DNA from: Eledone cirrhosa
Lineage: Eukaryota
Length of the DNA: 64,000 nucleotides
Direction of reading: 5' to 3'
NCBI GenBank assembly: GCA_964016885.1
Contig: OZ024743.1
Location: forward strand, 83,080,001-83,144,000
Shown: piece by piece, positions 1 through 16,177 of the stretch
How positions within the stretch are numbered: the first letter of the stretch is position 1
How the letters are laid out: each line of letters opens with the position of its first letter
The notes under the pieces: generated by a model
What the model saw: the letters and a program-made list of their open reading frames with translations, nothing else
Databases searched by the model: none
What the model was told of the DNA's origin: nothing
Position numbers and translations under genes: made by a program

Positions 1-3000
1 CACTACACCACTACCACACACTACACCACTACCACACACTGCAACACTACCACACACTACACCACTACCACACACTGCACCACTACCAGACACTACACCA
101 CTACCACACACTACACCACTACCACACACTACAACATTACCAGACACTACACCACTACCAGACACTACACCACTACCACACACTACACCACTACCAGACA
201 CTACACCACTACCAGACACTACACCACTACCAGACACTACACCACTACCAGACACTACACCAATACCAGACACTACACCACTACCACACACTACCACACA
301 CTACACCACTACCAGACACTACACCACTACTACACACTACACCAGTACCAGACACTACACCACTACCAGACACTACACCACTACCACACACTACACCACT
401 ACCAGACACTACACCAATACCAGACACTACACCACTACAACACACTACACCACTACCAGACACTACACCACTACCACACACTACACCACTACCAGACACT
501 ACACCACTACCAGACACTACACCACTACCAGACACTACTCTCTACCAGACACTACCCCTCTACCAGACACTACACCACTAACACACACTACACCACTACC
601 ACACACTACACCACTACCACACACTACACCACTACCAGACACTACCTCTCTACCAGACACTACACCACTACCATACACTACACCACTACCACACACTACA
701 CCACTACCAGACACTACACCAGTGCCAGACACTACACCACTACCAGACACTACACCAGTGCCAGACACTACACAACTACAAGACACTACACCACTACCTC
801 TCTACCAGACACTACACCAGTACCAGACACTACACCACTACCAGACACTACACCAATACCAGACACTACACCACTACCAGACACTACACCACTACCAGAC
901 ACTACACCACTACCAGACACTACACCACTACCAGACACTACACCACTACCAGACACTACACCACTACCAGACACTACACCACTACCAGACACTACACCAC
1001 TACCAGACACTACACCACTACCAGACACTACACCACTACCACACACTACACCACTACCACACACTACACCACTACCACACACTACACCACTACCACACAC
1101 TACACCACTACCAGACACTACACCAATACCAGACACTACACCACTACCACACACTACACCACTACCACACACTACACCAGTACCAGATACTACACCACTA
1201 CAACACACTACACCACTACCAGACACTACACCACTACCAGACACTACACCACTACCAGACACTACACCACTACCAGACACTACCCCTCTACCAGACACTA
1301 CACCACTACCACACACTACACCACTACCAGACACTACCCCTCTACCAGACACTACACCACTACCAGACACTACACCACTACCAGACACTACCCCTCTACC
1401 AGACACTACCCCTCTACCAGACACTACCCCTCTACCAGACACTACACCACTACCAGACACTACACCACTACCAGACACTACACCACTACCAGACACTACA
1501 CCACTACCAGACACTACACCACTACCAGACACTACACCACTACCAGACACTACACCACTACCAGACACTACCCCTCTACCAGACACTACCCCTCTACCAG
1601 ACACTACCCCTCTACCAGATACTACACCACTACAACACACTACACCACTACCAGACACTACACCACTACCAGACACTACACCACTACCAGACACTACACC
1701 ACTACCAGACACTACACCACTACCAGACACTACACCACTACCAGACACTACCCCTCTACCAGACACTACCCCTCTACCAGACACTACCCCTCTACCAGAC
1801 ACTACACCACTACCAGACACTACACCACTACCACACACTACACCACTACCACACACTACACCACTACCACACACTACACCACTACCAGACACTACCCCTC
1901 TACCAGACACTACACCACTACCAGACACTACACCACTACCACACACTACACCACTACCACACACTACACCACTACCAGACACTACACCACTACCAGACAC
2001 TACACCAATACCAGACACTACACCACTACCAGACACTACACCAATACCAGACACTACACCACTACCAGACACTACACCACAACCAGACACTACGCCACTA
2101 CCAGACACTACACCAATACCAGACACTACACCACAACCACACACTACACCACTACCTCTCTACCAGACACTACACCACTACCAGACACTACACCAATACC
2201 AGACACTACACCACTACCAGACACTACACCAATACCAGACACTACACCAATATCAGACACTACACCACAACCAGACACTACGCCACTACCAGACACTACA
2301 CCAATACCAGACACTACACCACAACCACACACTACACCACTACCTCTCTACCAGACACTACACCACTACCATACACTACACCACTACCACACACTACACC
2401 ACTACCAGACACTACACCAGTGCCAGACACTACACAACTACAAGACACTACACCACTACCTCTCTACCAGACACTACACCAGTACCAGACACTACACCAC
2501 TACCAGACACTACACCACTACCCGACACTACATCAATACCAGACACTACACCACTACCAGACACTACACCACTACCAGACACTACAATACTACCAAACAC
2601 TACACCATTACCAGACACTACACCACTACCAGACACTACACCACTACCACACACTACACCACTACCAGACACTACACCACTACCAGACACTACACCACTA
2701 CCAGACACTACACCATTACCAGACACTACACCACTACCACACACTACACCACTACCACACACTACACCACTACCAGACACTATACCACTACCACACACTA
2801 CACCACTACCAGACACTACACCACTACCAGACACTACACCACTACCAGACACTACACCACTACCAGACACTACAATACTACCAAACACTACACCATTACC
2901 AGACACTACACCACTACCAGACACTACACCACTACCAGACACTACACCACTACCAGACACTACACCACTACCAGACACTACACCACTACCACACACTACA

Positions 3001-6000
3001 CCACTACCAGACACTACACCTGTACCAGACACTACACCTGTACCAGACACTACACCACTACCAGACACTACACCATTACCAGACACTACACCACTACCAC
3101 ACACTACACCACTACCAGACACTACACCACTACCAGACACTACACCACTACCACACACTACACCACTACCACACACTACACCACTACCAGACACTGCAAC
3201 ACTACCACACACTACACCAGTACCAGACACTACACCATTACCAGACACTGCAACACTACCACACACTACACCACTACCAGACACTACACCACTACCACAC
3301 ACTACACCACTACCACACACTGCACCACTACCAGACACTACACCACTACCAGACACTACACCACTACCAGACACTACACCACTACCAGACACTACACCAC
3401 TACCACACACTACACCACTACCAGACACTACACCACTACCACACACTACACCACTACCAGACACTACACCACTACCAGACACTACACCACTACCAGACAC
3501 TACACCATTACCAGACACTGCAACACTACCACACACTACACCACTACCAGACACTACACCACTACCACACACTACACCACTACCACACACTACACCACTA
3601 CCAGACACTGCAACACTACCACACACTACACCAGTACCAGACACTACACCATTACCAGACACTGCAACACTACCACACACTACACCACTACCAGACACTA
3701 CACCACTACCACACACTACACCACTACCACACACTACACCACTACCAGACACTACACCACTACCAGACACTACACCACTACCAGACACTACACCACTACC
3801 ACACACTACACCACTACCAGACACTACACCACTACCAGACACTACACCACTACCAGACACTACACCACTACCACACAATACACCACTACCAGACACTACA
3901 CCACTACCACACACTACACCACTACCACACACTACACCACTACCACACACTACACCACTACCAGACACTGCACCACTACCAGACACTACACCACTACCAC
4001 ACACTACACCACTACCAGACACTACACCACTACCAGACACTACACCACTACCACACACTACACCACTACCAGACACTACACCACTACCAGACATTACACC
4101 ACTACCACACACTATACCACTACCAGACACTACACCACTACCAGACACTACACCACTACCAGACACTGCAACACTACCACACACTACACCAGTACCACAC
4201 ACTACTCCACTACCAGACACTACACCACTACCAGACACTACACCACTACCACACACTACACCACTACCAGACACTACACCACTACCAGACATTACACCAC
4301 TACCACACACTATACCACTACCAGACACTACACCACTACCAGACACTACACCACTACCAGACACTGCAACACTACCACACACTACACCAGTACCACACAC
4401 TACACCACTACCAGACACTGCAACACTACCACACACTACACCAGTACCACACACTACACCACTACCAGACACTACACCACTACCAGACACTACACCACTA
4501 CCACACACTACACCACTACCACACACTACACCACTACCACACACTACACCACTACCACACACTACACCACTACCAGACACTACACCACTACCAGACACTA
4601 CACCACTACCACACACTACACCACTACCAGACACTACACCACTACCACACACTATACCACTACCAGACACTACACCACTACCAGACACTACACCACTACC
4701 AGACACTACACCACTACCAGACACTACACCACTACCACACACTACACCACTACCAGACACTACACCACTACCAGACATTACACCACTACCACACACTATA
4801 CCACTACCAGACACTACACCACTACCAGACACTACACCACTAACAGACACTGCAACACTACCACACACTACACCAGTACCACACACTACACCACTACCAG
4901 ACACTACACCACTACCAGACACTACACCACTACCACACACTACACCACTACCAGTCACTACACCACTACCAGACATTACACCACTACCACACACTATACC
5001 ACTACCAGACACTACACCACTACCAGACACTACACCACTACCAGACACTACACCACTACCACACACTACACCACTACCACACACTACACCAGTACCAGAC
5101 ACTACACCATTACCAGACACTGCAACACTACCACACACTACACCACTACTAGACACTACACCACTACCAGACACTACACCACTACCAGACACTACACCAG
5201 TACCAGACACTACACCACTACCAGACACTACACCACTACCAGACACTACACCACTACCAGACACTACACCACTACCAGACACTACACCACTACCACACAC
5301 TACACCACTACCAGACACTACACCACTACCAGACACTACACCACTACCAGACACTACACCACTACCACACACTTCACCACTACCACACGCTACACCACTA
5401 CCAGACACTACACCAGTACCAGACACTACACCACTACCAGACACTACACCACTACCATACACTACACCACTACCAGACACTACCCCTCTACCAGACACTA
5501 CACAACTACCACACACTACACCACTACACCACTACCAGACACTACACCAATACCAGACACTACACCACTACCACACACTACACCACTACCACACACTGCA
5601 ACACTACCACACACTACACCACTACCACACACTGCACCACTACCAGACACTACACCACTACCACACACTACACCACTACCACACACTACATTACCAGACA
5701 CTACACCACTACCAGACACTACACCACTACCACACACTACACCACTACCAGACACTACACCACTACCAGACACTACACCACTACCAGACACTACACCACT
5801 ACCAGACACTACACCAATACCAGACACTACACCACTACCACACACTACCACACACTACACCACTACCAGACACTACACCACTACTACACACTACACCAGT
5901 ACCAGACACTACACCACTACCAGACACTACACCACTACCACACACTACACCACTACCAGACACTACACCAATACCAGACACTACACCACTACAACACACT

Positions 6001-9000
6001 ACACCACTACCAGACACTACACCACTACCACACACTACACCACTACCAGACACTACACCACTACCAGACACTACACCACTACCAGACACTACCCTCTACC
6101 AGACACTACCCCTCTACCAGACACTACACCACTAACACACACTACACCACTACCACACACTACACCACTACCACACACTACACCACTACCAGACACTACC
6201 TCTCTACCAGACACTACACCACTACCATACACTACACCACTACCACACACTACACCACTACCAGACACTACACCAGTGCCAGACACTACACCACTACCAG
6301 ACACTACACCAGTGCCAGACACTACACAACTACAAGACACTACACCACTACCTCTCTACCAGACACTACACCAGTACCAGACACTACACCACTACCAGAC
6401 ACTACACCAATACCAGACACTACACCACTACCAGACACTACACCACTACCAGACACTACACCACTACCAGACACTACACCACTACCAGACACTACACCAC
6501 TACCAGACACTACACCACTACCAGACACTACACCACTACCAGACACTACACCACTACCAGACACTACACCACTACCAGACACTACACCACTACCACACAC
6601 TACACCACTACCACACACTACACCACTACCACACACTACACCACTACCACACACTACACCACTACCAGACACTACACCAATACCAGACACTACACCACTA
6701 CCACACACTACACCACTACCACACACTACACCAGTACCAGATACTACACCACTACAACACACTACACCACTACCAGACACTACACCACTACCAGACACTA
6801 CACCACTACCAGACACTACACCACTACCAGACACTACCCCTCTACCAGACACTACACCACTACCACACACTACACCACTACCAGACACTACCCCTCTACC
6901 AGACACTACACCACTACCAGACACTACACCACTACCAGACACTACCCCTCTACCAGACACTACCCCTCTACCAGACACTACCCCTCTACCAGACACTACA
7001 CCACTACCAGACACTACACCACTACCAGACACTACACCACTACCAGACACTACACCACTACCAGACACTACACCACTACCAGACACTACACCACTACCAG
7101 ACACTACACCACTACCAGACACTACACCACTACCAGACACTACCCCTCTACCAGACACTACCCCTCTACCAGACACTACCCCTCTACCAGATACTACACC
7201 ACTACAACACACTACACCACTACCAGACACTACACCACTACCAGACACTACACCACTACCAGACACTACACCACTACCAGACACTACCCCTCTACCAGAC
7301 ACTACCCCTCTACCAGACACTACACCACTACCAGACACTACACCACTACCAGACACTACCCCTCTACCAGACACTACCCCTCTACCAGACACTACCCCTC
7401 TACCAGACACTACACCACTACCAGACACTACACCACTACCAGACACTACACCACTACCAGACACTACACCACTACCAGACACTACCCCTCTACCAGACAC
7501 TACCCCTCTACCAGACACTACCCCTCTACCAGACACTACACCACTACCAGACACTACACCACTACCACACACTACACCACTACCACACACTACACCACTA
7601 CCACACACTACACCACTACCAGACACTACCCCTCTACCAGACACTACACCACTACCACACACTACACCATTACCAGACACTACACCACTACCAGACACTA
7701 CACCACTACCACACACTACACCACTACCACACACTACACCACTACCAGACACTACACCACTACCAGACACTACACCACTACAACACACTACACCACTACC
7801 AGACACTACACCACTACCACACACTACACCACTACCAGACACTACACCACTACCACACACTACACCACTACCAGACACTACACCACTACAACACACTACA
7901 CCACTACCAGACACTACACCACTACCACACACTACACCACTACCAGACACTACACCACTACAACACACTACACCACTACCAGACACTACACCACTACCAC
8001 ACACTACACCACTACCAGACACTACACCACTACAACACACTACACCACTACCAGACACTACACCACTACCACACACTACACCACTACCAGACACTACACC
8101 ACTACAACACACTACACCACTACCAGACACTACACCACTACCAGACACTACACCACTACCAGACACTACACCACTACCAGACACTACACCACTACCACAC
8201 ACTACACCATTACCAGACACTACACCACTACCAGACACTACACCACTACCACACACTACACCACTACCACACACTACACCACTACCAGACACTACACCAC
8301 TACCAGACACTACACCAATACCAGACACTACACCACTACCACACACTACACCACTACCAGACACTACACCAATACCAGACACTACACCAATACCAGACAC
8401 TACACCACAACCAGACACTACGCCACTACCAGACACTACACCAATACCAGACACTACACCACAACCACACACTACACCACTACCTCTCTACCAGACACTA
8501 CACCACTACCATACACTACACCACTACCACACACTACACCACTACCAGACACTACACCAGTGCCAGACACTACACAACTACAAGACACTACACCACTACC
8601 TCTCTACCAGACACTACACCAGTACCAGACACTACACCACTACCAGACACTACACCACTACCCGACACTACATCAATACCAGACACTACACCACTACCAG
8701 ACACTACACCACTACCAGACACTACAATACTACCAAACACTACACCATTACCAGACACTACACCACTACCAGACACTACACCACTACCAGACACTACACC
8801 ACTACCACACACTACACCACTACCAGACACTACACCACTACCAGACACTACACCATTACCAGACACTACACCACTACCACACACTACACCACTACCACAC
8901 ACTACACCACTACCAGACACTATACCACTACCACACACTACACCACTACCAGACACTACACCACTACCAGACACTACACCACTACCAGACACTACACCAC

Positions 9001-12000
9001 TACCAGACACTACAATACTACCAAACACTACACCATTACCAGACACTACACCACTACCAGACACTACACCACTACCAGACACTACACCACTACCAGACAC
9101 TACACCACTACCAGACACTACACCACTACCACACACTACACCACTACCAGACACTACACCTGTACCAGACACTACACCTGTACCAGACACTACACCACTA
9201 CCAGACACTACACCATTACCAGACACTACACCACTACCACACACTACACCACTACCAGACACTACACCACTACCAGACACTACACCACTACCAGACACTA
9301 CACCACTACCACACACTACACCACTACCAGACACTACCCCTCTACCAGACACTACACCTGTACCAGACACTACACCTGTACCAGACACTACACCACTACC
9401 AGACACTACACCTCTACCAGACACTACACCACTACCACACACTACACCACTACCACACACTGCACCACTACCAGACACTACACCACTACCAGACACTACA
9501 CCACTACCAGACACTACACCACTACCACACACTACACCACTACCAGACACTACACCACTACCACACACTACACCACTACCAGACACTACACCACTACCAG
9601 ACACTACACCACTACCAGACACTACACCATTACCAGACACTGCAACACTACCACACACTACACCACTACCAGACACTACACCACTACCACACACTACACC
9701 ACTACCACACACTACACCACTACCAGACACTGCAACACTACCACACACTACACCAGTACCAGACACTACACCATTACCAGACACTGCAACACTACCACAC
9801 ACTACACCACTACCAGACACTACACCACTACCACACACTACACCACTACCACACACTACACCACTACCAGACACTACACCACTACCAGACACTACACCAC
9901 TACCACACACTACACCACTACCAGACACTACACCACTACCAGACACTACACCACTACCAGACACTACACCACTACCACACAATACACCACTACCAGACAC
10001 TACACCACTACCACACACTACACCACTACCACACACTACACCACTACCACACACTACACCACTACCAGACACTACACCACTACCAGACACTACACCACTA
10101 CCACACACTACACCACTACCAGACACTACACCACTACCAGACACTACACCACTACCACACACTACACCACTACCAGACACTACACCACTACCAGACATTA
10201 CACCATTACCACACACTATACCACTACCAGACACTACACCACTACCAGACACTACACCACTACCAGACACTGCAACACTACCACACACTACACCAGTACC
10301 ACACACTACTCCACTACCAGACACTACACCACTACCAGACACTACACCACTACCACACACTACACCACTACCAGACACTACACCACTACCAGACATTACA
10401 CCACTACCACACACTATACCACTACCAGACACTACACCACTACCAGACACTACACCACTACCAGACACTGCAACACTACCACACACTACACCAGTACCAC
10501 ACACTACACCACTACCAGACACTGCAACACTACCACACACTACACCAGTACCACACACTACACCACTACCAGACACTACACCACTACCAGACACTACACC
10601 ACTACCACACACTACACCACTACCAGACACTACACCACTACCAGACATTACACCACTACCACACACTATACCACTACCAGACACTACACCACTACCAGAC
10701 ACTACACCACTACCAGACACTACACCACTACCACACACTACACCACTACCACACACTACACCAGTACCAGACACTACACCATTACCAGACACTGCAACAC
10801 TACCACACACTACACCACTACTAGACACTACACCACTACCAGACACTACACCACTACCAGACACTACACCTGTACCAGACACTACACCACTACCAGACAC
10901 TACACCACTACCAGACACTACACCACTACCAGACACTACACCACTACCACACACTACACCACTACCAGACACTACACCACTACCAGACACTACACCACTA
11001 CCAGACACTACACCACTACCACACACTTCACCACTACCACACACTACACCACTACCATACACTACACCACTACCATACACTACACCACTACCAGACACTA
11101 CCCCTCTACCAGACACTACACAACTACCACACACTACACCACTACCAGACACTACACCAATACCAGACACTACACCACTACCACACACTACACCACTACC
11201 ACACACTGCAACACTACCACACACTACACCACTACCACACACTGCACCACTACCAGACACTACACCACTACCACACACTACACCACTACCACACACTACA
11301 CCACTACCACACACTACAACATTACCAGACACTACACCACTACCAGACACTACACCACTACCACACACTACACCACTACCAGACACTACACCACTACCAG
11401 ACACTACACCACTACCAGACACTACACCACTACCAGACACTACACCAATACCAGACACTACACCACTACCACACACTACACCACTACCACACACTACACC
11501 ACTACCACACACTACACCAGTACCAGACACTACACCACTATAAGTCACTACACCACTACCAGACACTACACCACTACCACACACTACACCAGTACCAGAC
11601 ACTACACCACTACCAGACACTACACCACTACCACACACTACACCACTACCAGACACTACACCAATACCAGACACTACACCACTACAACACACTACACCAC
11701 TACCAGACACTACACCACTACCACACACTACACCACTACCAGACACTACACCACTACCAGACACTACACCACTACCAGACACTACACCACTACCAGACAC
11801 TACCCTCTACCAGACACTACCCCTCTACCAGACACTACACCACTAACACACACTACACCACTACCACACACTACACCACTACCAGACACTACACCACTAC
11901 CACACACTACACCACTACCAGACACTACACCACTACCAGACACTACACCACTACCAGACACTACACCACTACCACACACTTCACCACTACCACACACTAC

Positions 12001-14160
12001 ACCACTACCTCACACTACACCACTACCACACACTACACCACTACCAGACACTACACCACTACCACACACTACACCACTACCAGACACTACACCACTACCA
12101 CACACTACACCACTACCAGACACTACACCACTACCACACACTACACCACTACCAGACACTACACCACTACCAGACACTACACCACTACCAGACACTACAC
12201 CACTACCACACACTACACCACTACCAGACACTACACCACTACCAGACACTACACCACTACCAGACACTACACCACTACCAGACACTACCTCTCTACCAGA
12301 CACTACACCACTACCATACACTACACCACTACCACACACTACACCACTACCAGACACTACACCAGTGCCAGACACTACACAACTACAAGACACTACACCA
12401 CTACCTCTCTACCAGACACTACACCACTACCAGACACTACACCACTACCAGACACTACACCAATACCAGACACTACACCACTACCAGACACTACACCACT
12501 ACCAGACACTACACCACTACCACACACTACACCACTACCACACACTACACCACTACCACACACTACACCACTACCACACACTACACCACTACCAGACACT
12601 ACACCAATACCAGACACTACACCACTACCACACACTACACCACTACTACACCAGTACCAGATACTACACCACTACAACACACTACACCACTACCAGACAC
12701 TACACCACTACCACACACTACACCACTACCAGACACTACACCACTACCAGACACTACACCACTACCAGACACTACCCCTCTACCAGACACTACCCCTCTA
12801 CCAGACACTACACCACTACCAGACACTACACCACTACCACACACTACACCACTACCACACACTACACCACTACCAGACACTACCCCTCTACCAGACACTA
12901 CACCACTACCAGACACTACACCAATACCAGACACCAGACCACTACCACACACTACACCACTACCAGACACTACACCAATACCAGACACTACACCAATACC
13001 AGACACTACACCACTACCAGACACTACACCAATACCAGACACTACACCAATACCAGACACTACACCAATACCAGACACTACACCACTACCAGACACTACG
13101 CCACTACCAGACACTACACCAGTGCCAGACACTACACCACTACCAGACACTACACCACTACCAGACACTACACCACTACCAGACACTACACCACTACCAG
13201 ACACTACACCACTACCAGACACTACAATACTACCAAACACTACACCACTACCTCTCTACCAGACACTACACCACTACCAGACATTACACCACTACCAGAC
13301 ACTACACCAATACCAGACACTACACAACTACAAGACACTACACCACTACCTCTCTACCAGACACTACACCAGTACCAGACACTACACCACTACCAGACAC
13401 TACACCACTACCCGACACTACATCAATACCAGACACTACACCACTACCAGACACTACACCACTACCAGACACTACAATACTACCAAACACTACACCATTA
13501 CCAGACACTACACCACTACCAGACACTACACCACTACCAGACACTACACCACTACCACACACTACACCACTACCAGACACTACACCACTACCAGACACTA
13601 CACCATTACCAGACACTACACCACTACCACACACTACACCACTACCACACACTACACCACTACCACACACTACACCACTACCAGACACTATACCACTACC
13701 ACACACTACACCATTACCAGACACTACACCACTACCAGACACTACACCACTACCAGACACTACACCACTACCAGACACTACAATACTACCAAACACTACA
13801 CCATTACCAGACACTACACCACTACCAGACACTACACCACTACCAGACACTACACCACTACCAGACACTACACCACTACCACACACTACACCACTACCAG
13901 ACACTACACCACTACCAGACACTACACCACTACCAGACACTACACCACTACCACACACTACACCACTACCAGACACTACCCCTCTACCAGACACTACACC
14001 TGTACCAGACACTACACCTGTACCAGACACTACACCACTACCAGACACTACACCACTACCACACACTACACCACTACCAGACACTACACCAGTACCAGAC
14101 ACTCCCCCTCTACCAGACACTACACCACTACCAGACACTCCCCCTGTACCAGACACTACA
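1..14160. repeat. 18-bp minisatellite array (consensus CCAGACACTACACCACTA) with higher-order repeat structure; runs off the left edge
   Basis: Continuous tandem 18-mers. Diagnostic variant clusters recur at about 5.55-6.1 kb spacing (281/5835, 722/6276, 2448/8588). The giant ORFs in the track (PDTTPL, YQTLHH, TTTRHY, VVSGSG) are all readings of this unit. Confidence 0.98.
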
Positions 14161-14837
14161 CAGAATGTACGATAGATAATGATTACAATGTTTTTTAGCA
14201 ACAACTCTAGTCCCACACTTTTGAAGGTTTATTATAACATTCTGTGGCTCTTTTGAGCTTGCGCATTTTTCATGTCTAGTTTAAATTTTTTTAAGGCAAC
14301 GCTTGTAATAACTCTAGTGAAACATGATATATATTCATAATGAATTATAGTTGTAATGTAATTAGATTATATAATTGTTATTATAAATGATCTTATAAAT
14401 ATTAGTGTAAGATGTATAAAAATATTTTCAGACTTTTAATATAAACAACAACAAAAAACAATCAATATTAAATCAATATATTATACATAATAGAAAACAT
14501 AAAACAAATAAACAATATAAAAATAAAATATTTACATACAATTGCAATTATCAGTCTATATAAATTTTCTTTATTCCCTGAGCAAATTAATGAGATTTGT
14601 TCTTATTGCACATAATTTGATGACTTTTTGGAGTGTATTAAAAGATAACAACAAGTTGTGATTAAATTGTTAACTTAAGCAACTCTCTTTTTAATAGTTG
14701 TTGGCTGAGCGAAATTGGAAAAGCCTATGAGCAAATATTTTAAAAAATACACAAACTACATTTCCCTGTATTGTTGCAACATTAGATAAAATAATTGAGT
14801 AATGTCGTGAGATTTTGCTCTTATTGCACATTAATAG

Positions 14838-14937
14838 TGTTTCTATTTTTCAGCACAAAGCCATTACCGCAGTCTATTACTGGTACTTTATTTTATCGAA
14901 CTGGTAAGGATGAAAGGCAAAGTTAACCTCGGCGGGA
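14838..14937 (-). mobile_element. 3' half of a tRNA-derived SINE (family A)
   Basis: Reverse complement of the family core GCCTTTCATCCTTAC...GTCGATAAAATAAAGTACCAGTAAT seen in full copies at 20698-22294. Confidence 0.8.
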
Positions 14938-15039
14938 CGAAATAACAAAAATAACAAAAACGATGAAATAACAAAAATAAATGAACTAGGAAAACAAACA
15001 AAAAAACATAGCGGATGCTTTTGAGCAACACTTACTCTG

Positions 15040-15729
15040 ATTATATTAATTATATTATATTATATTATAGTAATTATATTAATTATATTAATTATATTAT
15101 ATTATATTATATTATATTAATTATATTAATTAAATTAATTATATAAATTATATTATATTCTATTATATTATAATATTTTATATTATATTATATTATATTA
15201 TATTATATTATATTATATAGTATTAATTATATTATATTAGATTAATTATATTATATTATATTAATGGGGTCGATAAAATAAAGTACCAGTAATGTACTGG
15301 TTAATTGCTGGCCTTGTTCCTAAAATAGAAACAATTATATTAATTATATTATATTATATTATATTATATTATATTATATTAATTATATTATTTATATTAA
15401 TTATATTATATTATATTATATTATATAATAATTCTATTAATTCTAATAATTCTATTAATTATATTAATTTATTTATATTATAGTAATAATATTAATCATA
15501 TTAATTATATTTTATTATATTATATTAAATTATATTAATTATATTAATTATATTAATTATATTAATTATATTATTTATATTTATTATATTATATTATAGT
15601 ATATTATATTATATTAATTATATTAATTAAATTAATTATATTATTTATAGTCATTATATTATATTATATTATGTTAATTATATTAATTATATTATATATT
15701 ATATTATATTAATTATATTAATTATATTA
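15040..15729. repeat. (ATATT/ATTA)n microsatellite containing a SINE-A 3' fragment (15265-15333)
   Basis: Direct reading; GGGGTCGATAAAATAAAGTACCAGTAATG is embedded in the repeat. Confidence 0.9.
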
Positions 15730-16177
15730 TCTTCTATCTTCTATATATATAAAACCTAGGATGTGTGTGTGTCTGTGTACAACTTTGGATACCTAAGGCT
15801 TTTAGAATTACCAAACGAATTTGACCAGATTTTCTGTGCACGTTGCACAAGTCGCTAAGGTGGTCACATCACAAACATTTTTCGAAGCGACCCATGTTGA
15901 GCAATAAAAAATCGATATCAAAATTATCGGTAGTAAAATTGATGTAAGGGAGATAACGGACTTTATTGACAATCCTTATAAAAGAGGGAGATAACTTTAT
16001 TTACAGAAATATAAACATCAGATTCATTTGAAGATAAATCACTAATATTATCGTTTGTTTCTTGTTTATTCTTTGTTGCACTTTCAAAGTTACAAAAAAC
16101 ACTTGTTGTTTTAACTTGTTTCACGATATTAAGTGTTAATTTTCGCGTTAAGGGCCTAATCTCGCAGCAGTCTCGAA

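Noticed and set aside
1-14160. CRISPR array or telomeric repeat
   Set aside because: There are no unique spacers, and the unit is not TTAGGG-like despite the C/A strand skew.
281-14216. Silk-like (GSGVVS)n proteins on the minus strand
   Set aside because: Starts are GTG/TTG artefacts, the frame is broken at every indel unit, and common variants are non-synonymous in this frame.
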